From Lama guanicoe (taxonomy: Eukaryota): 64,000 nt of DNA. Position numbers and translations under genes: made by a program. Each line of letters begins with the position of its first letter. The first letter of the stretch is position 1. Under the pieces are notes generated by a model, which ran no database searches, was not told where the DNA came from, and worked only from the letters and a program-made list of their open reading frames with translations. Location of the stretch: NCBI GenBank assembly GCA_013239625.1, contig MU054212.1:8579084-8643083 (forward strand), read 5' to 3'. Shown here piece after piece: positions 24,390 to 34,545 of the stretch.

Positions 24390-25275
24390 GTTTTTGTTCA
24401 CTTTCCATCCTGGAAACTTTCAAACACATGCAAAAGTAAAGCTTATAGAGCGATAAACCTCTGCACACCTCCCTCCCAGCTTGGACAGTTCCACATCTGC
24501 CGGTCCTGATTCATCTCCCCTCCACTCCCCAGATAATTATTTTTAAGCAAATTCCAGAATTCAAAGTGTTTCGCCGATATTCTCATATGTATCTCTGAAA
24601 GATAAGGAATCGTTTATGTAATTATTATCACAGTACAGTTACCACATCTAAAAATTTTTGATGATAATTCTCTCAATTTGCTACCAAATGGGTTGACTGG
24701 GCCTGTACCAGGGTCCTAGCCTGGGCCGAGACCCCTTGTCTCAGCCAGGGAGGTTCTTTTTCCAATCGAATTCCCACAGCCCAATACCGAAAAATGAGGT
24801 GTATGAGACATCCTTAGCTAAGGAAGGGGACAGAGGCCTGGGGCTTCCAAAGACAGGAGGGTCACTCACAGAACAGTGAGAAGAGCAGATGTCTGGTAAC
24901 CAGGTGTTTGCTCTGCCATATAGATGGGACCACTTAGATAAAATTTATTGCTGCTAATGATTCTTCTGGGAAAAATCCCCAATTTAAATTCTTTCAGGTG
25001 CTCAAGGGAGGGGCCGTAGTTTCTCTTGAAACTGTAGGATCTTGACTGCTTTTAGCTCAAAATAATCTTCAGGCAAAAGTGGAACGTTTGGGGGAGGCTC
25101 GTTCTGAACCCCTACATTTCATAAATGGTTTTATTTTCATGGCATGTTTAAATCAGAATCCAAGTAAGCTCCACAGTTTGCTATTGGTTGATAAAGCTCT
25201 TAAGTTTCTTTTAATGCATAACTTCTCCCTTCCAAACTCTTTTTTTTTTCCCTTGTAATTTGTTTGTTGAAGAAT
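24390..25275 (-). mobile_element. L1MC4/5-like 3' end, split by the 24679-25116 LTR
   Basis: tttcaaacacatgcaaaagta...aagcaaattccaga...tatctctgaaagataagga, resuming as aatcagaatccaagtaag...tttgtttgttgaagaa. Confidence 0.65.
24679..25116 (-). mobile_element. Solo ERV1 LTR whose 5' part is homologous to the 21649 LTR
   Basis: Ends ctgaacccctaca (reverse complement of tgtaggggttcag); about 330 bp collinear with 21649-21980. Confidence 0.8.
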
Positions 25276-25544
25276 ATGCTTCAGCTTTGGCCGGTCTATT
25301 TCTTGCCACTGTCTCTGCTTCCTGTGAGATTCTTGATTTTTCTTCGCTTTGTCTTTTCCAGGAACCAGGTCAGAGAAGGGTTGGCAGTCTGTCTATGACG
25401 TCATCATTCATTTAATGCCCCTGTTTTAGAGAATCCGTCCCTTCTTCAGCAGGGCCCGGTGCTCCCCCAGCCTCAGTCTCCCGGCTCAGTCTCTCCTGGG
25501 TACCCAGCCGCCCCAGAGCAGGGGGTGGGGTCCACATCCTATTG

Positions 25545-25850
25545 ATGTTCACTGGTCAAAGACCACCAGGAGCATACCTGGAGTCAAACAAAGCTGGATT
25601 TATTGTCTTGTTGCAACGAGAGAGACTGACATCCTGGAGAACGGAGGGCACCTCTAGACGAGCGTGAGGAAGAACTTAGAAGACCACTTGGACCTGAGTT
25701 AGCTGATGTGGAAGAGGGTCCCAGGAAGAGGCAGTTTTCCCTGGATTGGCTGCTGCATGGGAATGAGGGGTAATCCTGTGAGTGCTTAAGTAGCCTTGTC
25801 TAGGGGTCAGGAGGAATGAAGTGGGCTCACCCTGTCATCAGGCTCACAGG
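25545..25850 (-). mobile_element. Old ERV1 LTR fragment (MER89/MER90/MER110-like)
   Basis: gtcaaagaccaccaggagcatac...gtcaaacaaag...tttattg; similar to the elements at 39901 and 49722. Confidence 0.5.
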
Positions 25851-27099
25851 CTGCTTCTCAGCTTGCCCCCTGCCGGCTGTCAACCCTCAGCTCCCTCCGG
25901 TTTGCTAGGTCAGTGGCCACTCAGAGATCTCATTCCAAGTTTTCATCGCCTTCTTTCTGCTGTCTCTTGGCCAAGTGTCTTTACCTTTGGGGGCTTCTAT
26001 TTTTTCTTTTTTTTTTTTGTCCCTTTACTGTCTTTAGAGGACTTTGGGGACAAAGCAGTGGCAAGTGACTGCATCTCCACAGCATGTGTAACTGACAATT
26101 GCATCAGGCTTTTGTCTGGGGTCGATTTGTCCGAGAACCATTCCTCAGTGAAGTCCTTCTGCCCTTGGTGAGGGGATGCCTGGCACTTAAGCCCAAGTCC
26201 CCTCCTTGATAAACTGGGGGAAAATGTGTGGACCACAGGCTGATACTGGGATCAAGAAGGTTCTGGTTCCCTTATTTAATGAGAACAGCTTTTTTTTTTT
26301 TTCCTGCAGGCATCCCAATTTATCATCTGATTCTGCACTGAGGGCAGTGCCATGATGGGGGAGTCTCATTGATTCGTTTGTTTCCCAAAGTAGATTTCCC
26401 ATGGCCGAGTAAACTTTGTTTCCTTACATCTGGAGCAGTAGAAATATTTGCTTCTTAGAAATTGTCAAGGTAGCAAACGCACATTTTAATAAGAACCATT
26501 CTTCTCATCTGTGAGATCCGGTATTTTTAATTAGCTGGCTGGACAGCTTCTTGTCTTCCTTAAGGGATAAATTATTAACGGCCAAGGGGCGAAATGTCCA
26601 TTTAATGCAATGACATGTTTATACCATTTGTCTCAGCAACTTGGCTTTGCTCAGTTGTACTCTGTGGAGAAATAACGGCAATTGTTACAAAAGAATCATC
26701 GCTAAGATGTGATCCCATGTTCCGCCATGGTCATAATTACACATCCCTGGTGATGCATTAAAGGTGGAGGAACCATCTTTGTTGCTGTCGCTCAAGATGG
26801 AAGATAGAAGGTCTGATTCCTATTCTGCAAATCCCCAAACGTTTAATGGGGCTCATGGCAGACTCGCCAAGAGGAAAGTGGCGCAGGAGCTGCATGAAAT
26901 GGTCTGTGGCGAAATTCATTTATAATACATTTAAAAAAAAAACTTTGCTTTTCTATATAGAATTGTATTTTTAAAGAGTTATATTTGCATGTAGGCTGGG
27001 ATTTATTATTGGAAATGAACATAACATGAAGAGGGCATGTTATTAGGAAATAACCACGGTCATTAAATAGTGGGGACAGCTTTGACACCACCTGCTGTG

Positions 27100-27430
27100 A
27101 TTGGTGTGCCACACATGGTGCACATCTCATTTTCACAACAGTACCATTTAGCCAGTGAAGAAACGGGCCAGAGAGAGAGGCTGACAATGTTACATAAATA
27201 GGGAGCAATGAAGCCTCAGTTCAAACCTGGGTCTGACTCAGCTCAGGTTACCTCCTCCAGGAAGCCTTCCCTGATTTTCACATACTTTCTACTATGATAC
27301 TTGCATAGTAGCCCAGAACCTATATGAGTCTGCCCCACCTTGCTAGACCACAAAAGCAGTCTGGAATGTCTTCGTCATTTATTCCCAGTCCCAGCCCAAA
27401 GCAGCCTCTGGATAAATTCATTCTAAATGA
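27100..27430. mobile_element. MIR fragment followed by L2 fragment
   Basis: gaagaaacgggccagagag...ttcaaacctgggtctgactc; then acctcctccaggaagccttccctga. Confidence 0.55.
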
Positions 27431-27974
27431 ACCCAATGCCAAGCCGTGCCCCTCCTTCCATTGTGACCAGGCATTGCCACTGCTGTGTCCCTGTGTGGTC
27501 CTCCAGCTCCTGCTCATGGGGCTCTGGGATAAGAACTCTGTGAAAGGGGCTATCTCTTACAGATACAAATAAAGCATGAAGTCACCTGCATTGGGGCTGA
27601 GGTTTTTCTAAAAAAAGAAGTACAGAAGACAGAAGGGGCAAAGATAGAGAGATGGTCCGCAGACAGTGAGGACACTCTCTGCGAAGAGACACATCTTGTA
27701 ATTGAACTCTTACCAGCAGCTCCCTGCACATAGGCAAAGGTAGGCAGGGTCTGGAGAGTCCTTTGTGAGGTCTGGGGAGTTGGAGAAGTGAAGACAGCCC
27801 AGACCAGGGGACCATGGACCCAGAGGACTGAGGAGGCAGAGAAAGCCTCATTTAAAACTTAGAACCAAAGTCACATCCATTTTTGAGTCTAAGACATAAG
27901 GGAGAAAAAGTATTCATAAGAAACCCGCTCCTGGGTCTGGCGGGCATGCCAGGGAGATTAAGCAGCGGCTCATG

Positions 27975-28170
27975 GTGTCAGACCTTGTAGCCGAGCGCAG
28001 GCTCTGACCTTGGACCCCAGCTGTGCCACTTTGCAATGTGTGACCATGGACTAGTTGTTAATCTGTTTGTGCTTCAGTTAAACCCTCTGTAAAATAGGGG
28101 TGACAATGGTATGCATTTAGCTGAGTTGTTTTGAAGATTAAGGTTCATAACCACGAAGAGCTCAGGTCAC
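27975..28170 (+). mobile_element. MIR SINE
   Basis: ccagctgtgccactt...tgtgtgacc...gcttcagtt...tctgtaaaatagggg. Confidence 0.7.
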
Positions 28171-28189
28171 TCAAGGTAGCCACCGTGGG

Positions 28190-28415
28190 AGGAGCACCTG
28201 CTCTGCGCCAGCGCCGTGCTGAGCGCGGCACCTGTGCTGATTCACAGGCTCCCCTGAGAACCCCAGCGAGGCCGGTGCCTTTATTAGCATCTTCCCCATT
28301 TTACAGATGCAGAAACGAAGGCACAGGTTGCCTCCTGTCTTTCCCCAGATCACACAGCCAAGAGGCTGTAAAGCCAGATGTTGAATCTGGACAATCCTGC
28401 CCAGAATCCCTCCCC
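28190..28415 (-). mobile_element. MIR SINE
   Basis: ccccattttacagatgcagaaacgaaggcacag...gatcacacagc. Confidence 0.75.
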
Positions 28416-29519
28416 CGGCTGTGCTGCCACTCAGAATACTCTTGGCACTATCAAGGGGCCTGTTGTAGGCTGAACTGTTTCCCCAAGAAAGGTCTGTTGA
28501 AATCTTAACACCTGGGAGCTGTTTGTGCTCCTTGGGTGGTCTTCGGCTTTTTTCTTTTTTCCTCACACGTGTCTAAATTTGTTAAGAATATCTCACATAC
28601 ACCGGTGTTCCAGTAACTGTGATGAGGCTTACCAATCGAACAGGTCTGCTGCGATAATACCACACGCAGCCTTGGGTGATGAAAGCAAACCCAGTAAATG
28701 AAAATTCCATTTACGCGGAAATGAATTCTTTTCTTTTAAGAAGAGTTGATTAAATTCTGGCTTCACTGTTACCTTTGAAATATTGCTTGTCTCCTCTCCC
28801 CTCCCCCATGAGCTCTCTCTGCAGGAAGGAGAATTGGCGAAGGGAAGGACAGACTTCCCTTGTCACTTCTGTCCGACTAGGAAGCAAGCACTGGCTGGTG
28901 ATGTGGAAACAGCAGGACCCAGCGGCATGTCCCCTGAAGGCAGGGAAGGATGGGGGCACAGGGCACATCAGGAGTGCCCCCTGGGTCTGAAGGGACAATT
29001 CAAGTCAGCAAGTGTAACCTCAGCAAGAAACTTCTGCTCTGACGAAGTCCTGAGCAGGTAAAAGCTAGAAATCTCGGCAGCCACTGAAGACCACGTCTGA
29101 AAGCAGGAAGGCAGGGTCCAGCACTCACATCTGGAAAGCATTTTTGTACAAGAATGGAAGGATGCCAGCTGCCATATTACAGAGGTTAATTCTGAGCAGG
29201 GGGATAACAGATGGCTTCTGTTTGAATTTTATTTTGTTCTGTGTTCTTTTTTGTGCTTTATATGTGTTCTGCCACAAACACATATACTTCTGGAGTTAGA
29301 AAAGTGGTTTTTAAGGAGCTGAGTGTTGGAGGGAGAGGCAAGATGGCATATCTTGCAAGACATCATGAAGGGATGACATAAAAGTCACCCTATAAAAGAT
29401 CACTATTAAGAGGCAAGCTGCAAACTTTACATTTTTACCATGAGAAACTCTTTTGAAACTGATAAGAAGTATGGAAACCTTGGAGAGTAAAGAACTTGTC
29501 GGTATCTCGGGTGTTCGAA

Positions 29520-29810
29520 ACCACAGCGAGCACGCTCCTGACTCAGGGCTCTTACACTGGCTGTTCCCTCTGCCCCAGCTTTTCTCCTCCAGATTTCTGC
29601 CTGGCATCCTTCTTCACTTCCTGCAGGTCTCTGCTCCAATGTTTATCAGGCCACCCTGTATAGAAAAGCAGCCCCTACATAGAATTACATGAATGTCCCT
29701 TCACCAGAATGCCATCCTCTATGACAGCAGGGACTAGGACCACCTCGGGGCCCCAGACAATAGCTCCAATAAGCAATCATTGTAGTATTTGTTGAATGAA
29801 TAAATGAAGT
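29520..29810 (+). mobile_element. LINE-2 3' end
   Basis: ggctgttccctctgcc...tatttgttgaatgaataaatgaa. Confidence 0.65.
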
Positions 29811-30019
29811 CACTCAGATGTTTCAGGGAATGGTACAAGTGTCATTTTCTAGCATTAGGTCCGAGACCCAGGTCTCTCTCTCCTCCGGGGCCCCCTGAGG
29901 ATGAACGTACATTGGACTCTCAAAGCAAAGCATTGGGCTTAGTCATAAACTTCAATGTATTCAGTCCCTGCTGAGTTTTCCACGACAAAAAAGTTTAAAG
30001 AAATTAGATGTGTAGAACA

Positions 30020-31230
30020 CAGACCGTGGCCCCCAAATGCCAACTCTCACCAAAAGGAACCAGAATTCCTTCAAGAAATGGCTGATTCCATTTGCAGCCC
30101 AAAGTGTATAAGATGAACCTGGGCCATCTTGTCCTGCCTGCAAACAAGGGGCTCTCAAAGGGCCATTACCGACAAAGACCCAAGAGCCAACTGGAAAAGG
30201 CTCCCATTGCCCAGATGCGACCATTTGAATAAAGACAACATTTCAAAACACATGAAATATATTAAAAATCCACAGGTTCATATTAATACTAAAAAAAATC
30301 CAAACCAAAACAAAACTAATTGATCACCTTAGGTAAAGCATAAACCTGTTATTCTGAAAACTGATAAAGGAGGCGAAAGAACTGAACTTTATTCTGCTTT
30401 TCTCTATTGACTATATTTCAAGATAACCAAATAAAGAAGGAAAGTTTCTTTCTACAAAAGGCCATTCAAGCTAATAAATGAAGAAGCAATGAGATAGCTA
30501 GAAAATCACCCTTTTGCAAATCCCCAGTGAAAAACGAATCTAGGTAGCGATAATTAACGGCTGCTAACCATTCAGTGAGAGTCAATGGGATGTATTTTAA
30601 TGAGTGGATCAGAGAGAAAATCTCAACCCACTGATCAATGTGAGTTAGCGTCACGAAAAGTGGGCAACCTTGCCTCTTGGGGTGATGCAATAGGAAGCCC
30701 ACGGCACCACCTAGGAAGTTATTTTGATGGAAAACAAAGCCTGAATCTGATTAAGCCCTTGACTGTACTCCCAGGAACAGAAACTCTCAGGAACAGAGGA
30801 ACAGGTTAACAGAGGGTTCCAGAAAGCAATAAGCCAAAATCGGAAATGTAGAACATTCTACAGACACGTGACTCAGTTTCTTCAACAAACATATGGTTTC
30901 AAAACAGAGAAGGGCAACTGATAGATCAAAGGAGGCTTGGGATGTTGCAGTCAAAATGCGGCATGTGGCTCTTATTTGTATCCCGATTTGAAAAAAACAT
31001 ACAAACATATGTTTCTGAGATAAGAAGAGATAAGTGAATATAAACCAGGTATTGGATACTATTAGGAATTACTTATTTTGTTGAATGTGATGATTTTATG
31101 GTTAGAATTTTTACGTCATTATGTTTAGAGAGATACATTGAAGTATTCACATGTGCCATTATGTGATATCTGGGATTGGCTTTAAAATACTCCAGCAAAA
31201 AAATATAAATGGGAGAACAGTCGACTCAAG
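30020..31230 (+). mobile_element. L1MC/L1MD-like 3' UTR
   Basis: aaggaaccaga..tccttcaagaaatggctgattcc...gatatctgggattggctttaaaatactccagcaaaa. Confidence 0.7.
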
Positions 31231-31289
31231 AATGCTGAAAAGCGGGTCTTTGTGGAAGAGGATGATTTACACCTGTGTATCTTCCCACC

Positions 31290-32490
31290 TATCTGGGAGA
31301 AAAGACTGGTTTACTTTTTCAAAAAAAAATTTTCCAATTTATTGCAGGCCAATACTTTTATAAAATAGAATAAAAGTGAACTGCCAAAAAATTAAATGAT
31401 AAAAAATCAGACGTACAACATATGCCTGAATTTTTCATAGGATTCAACACACATAAAATTATATTTTAATAAATACAATCAGAACAAACATACCATATGG
31501 AAAGTGAAAATAATTTTTTAAACCATGGAAGCTTTTCAGTGAGTGTGCATATGTAAGTGATGAGTATGGAGAACTGCTATTAAATTCATAACTTTTTGTC
31601 ATTCCATAATCATAACTCATCAGAAAATTATGAGTGAGATGGTGAGCCCCTATATTAAATGCCTCTGCACACAGTTTGAACAAAAACCATCTACATCAAT
31701 ATTTAAAGTTTTTAATGTGACAACTGAGCTTGCTTCTTGCTTTTTAATCTCTCTAACCTAGTTTGGGTTGATGGCAATGCTACTCACAGAGGATCATGTG
31801 CCTTGAAACTTTTGTTTTGTTGTCATGACACTTCTGGTAGAGAAATCAGACTCACAGAGGTGTGAATGGCAGAAGAGAGTTTAAAGTAATTTCAGCAGGC
31901 TCAGAATATTCATTTTTAACTTGTATCCAAAATGAAGCCAATAATGCTGTATTTTCAAAATTCATCTTCAGTCCTTGATCCCAGCCAGTGCTATCAATTT
32001 ATCCTGTAAAGTTGTACTTCAGTTTAAATTACCCATATCTTTTGATGAAAACAAAAAAATCCAGAGCCATGAATTTCTTACATGTACATTATCCTCTGGT
32101 GGAAAGTAAAATTCATGTTCATAGACATACAAGTATACAGTAACAGGCTATCACCTACATTCTTGATTGTTGTTGAGACACGTCATGAAAATCTTAGAAA
32201 TTCTAACTTTTGCTTTTGCCTTTTGATCTTTTGTGCATTCCTTCCTATATGAAATTTTTAAGATCATTAAAAATATCTAAGACATCAGACGAAACAGCAA
32301 GTCTGGATGTCCAATTCACATCTTTCAACGCTGGATCAAACTAATTCCCTACCTTAAAGAAAAAATGATGAATTTGCTCTACATTTTATTCCAAAAGAAT
32401 CCTACCCTCAACAAGCATTGTACCTTAGCATGCAGTAAGAGATCACTATGCTCCACTTCCATATATCACGCAAAAGTGGGATTCAGCTAT
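31290..32490 (-). mobile_element. hAT DNA transposon relic, Charlie2-like, with decayed transposase C-terminus (stop at 31712-31714)
   Basis: Minus-strand translation LQDKLIALAGDQGLKMNFENTALLASFWIQVKNEYSEPAEITLNSLLPF/LCESDFST...DPL*VALPSTQTRLERLKSKKQAQLSH* is a hAT dimerisation domain close to the Charlie2-derived C-terminus of ZMYM6; stops and frameshifts present. Confidence 0.8.
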
Positions 32491-32499
32491 ATATACTTA

Positions 32500-32970
32500 T
32501 ATATATATATACACACACAATGGAATATTACTCAATCATAAAACATAATGAACTAATGCCACTTGTAGCAACATGGATGGACCTACAGATTATCATATTA
32601 AGTGAAGTAAGTCAGAGAAAGACAAATATCATATGATGTCAATTATACGTGGAATCTAAAAAAATATATAAATTTTATTTACAAACTAGAAACAGATTCA
32701 CTGACAAAGAAAATAAACTGTGGTTACCAGGGAGGAATGGAGGGAAGAGGGATAGATTAGGAGTTTGGGATTAATAGTTATGCATTACTATATATAAAAT
32801 AGGTAAACAAGAACCTAATGTATAGCACAGGGAACTATATTCAATTTTTTGTAATGAGTTGTAATGAAAAAGAAGCTGAAAAAAAAAGTATGTATATGGA
32901 TAACTGAATCACTTTGCTATACACCTAAAACTAACATTGTAAATTGACTATACTTCAATAAAAAAAAGAA
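32500..32970 (+). mobile_element. L1 3' end (artiodactyl type) with poly(A)
   Basis: caatggaatattactc...gcaacatggatggaccta...aagtgaagtaagtcaga...ctatacttcaataaaaaaaa. Confidence 0.9.
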
Positions 32971-33770
32971 TAAAAAACAGGATGGTATTGGCATAAAAAC
33001 TGACAGAGATCAATAGAACAGAATAAGAGATCCTAGATAAACCCATGTATATATGGTCAACAAAGGAGACAAGAATATACAATGGGGAAAGGGTACTCTT
33101 GAATAAATGGGTTGGGAAAACTGGACAGCCACATGCAAAAGAATGAAACTGGACCACTATCTTACAGCATGCACAACATAACTCAAAACGGATTAAAGTC
33201 TTGAACATAAGATCTGAAACCATAAAAATCCTAGAAGAAAACAGAAGGTAAGCTCCTTGATACCCATTCTGGCAGTGATTTTTTGGATTTGACTCCAAAA
33301 GGAAAGGCAACAAAGCAAAAATAAACAAGTGGGACCACATCAAACTAAAACGCTTTTGCACAGCAAAGGAAACCATTAACACAATGAAAAGGCAACTTAC
33401 AGAAAGGGAGGAAACATTTGCAAATCATATATCTGTAAGGGTTAATATGCAAAATATATAAAGAACTCACATAACTCAATAGCAAAAAAAAAACAACACC
33501 ACCTAAATAATTTGATTTTAAAATGGGCAGAGGAACTGAATAGAAAGTTTTCCAAAGAAGATATACAAATGGCCAACTGATATATGAAAAGGCGCTCAAC
33601 ATCACTAATCATCAGGGAATGCAAATCAAGACAATAAGATATCATCATACCTGTTAGGATGGCTATTATCAAAAAGACAAGAGAGAACAAACAGTGAGGA
33701 TGTGGAGGAAAGGGAAATCTTGTACACTGATGGTGGGAATGTAAACTGGTACAGCCACTGTGGAAAACTA
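32971..33770 (+). mobile_element. L1 ORF2 3'-half fragment with no 3' end
   Basis: tggtattggcataaaaac...gggaaaactggacagccacatgcaaaagaatgaaactggacc...cagccactgtggaaaac. Confidence 0.9.
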
Positions 33771-34329
33771 TTAAATGACTAAAAGAAGTAATTCTACTTC
33801 TTATATTTGTATGTGAAAGATGAAAATATCTTTAAAATGAAAACAAGGAAGAGCAGGCTTTGTATAACTAGCAGAAGAGTGGTGTCACGTGACCCTCCTT
33901 CCCATCACGCCAGTGCTAGATTTCAGAGGCCAGGGGAATGCACTGAATCTTTGATGTCACTGTGAAGTCTTTTAGGAAATGAATAAGTAACACTGAGGGG
34001 CATGATGAGGCCGATGGGTAGATTTGCTTTCAGGAAGCAATGTTTCTTGCAGTCTGTTGGTCAACGGTTTTGATGCTCTTAGTGGGGCTTCCAATTAGAG
34101 CTCCAGGGGCCTTTGTCTTCATCTTGTCAACATTTTTATCAATCACTTTGATGGTTATTCCATTTTCTGACAAAACAGAGCCAGGAAGAAGAGATAAAGT
34201 GATAGACCATGGAGTGAAGATTTAGAATTATTTTGGGAGTCAGGAATGTCAAGTTAACACTAAAAAAGATTAATTTTTTAATCTTTTTTACACAAGGATG
34301 GAGGTCAAGCTTTTCACAGACATAACCAA

Positions 34330-34545
34330 TTGTGAGTGTGGGGGAAATTTTAAAGGATTCCTGTGGAAAAAAAGACCTGGTGATCTCAGTCAATGCCAAG
34401 CCCAATGTCAACCAAGGGTTTGATGTGGCAGCTAAAAAGATGAGTCCAACCTGGGTGTGCATCCACCTTTTCTAGAGAGTGGAAAGTCAGAGCTGCACTG
34501 CCCTCTCCATGAGCCACCACATCTGGGTGTTATGCTCAAGAGCCT
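34330..34545 (+). mobile_element. CR1/L3 LINE fragment
   Basis: gtggaaaaaagacctggtgatctcagt...tgatgtggcagctaaaaag...accacatctgg. Confidence 0.6.
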
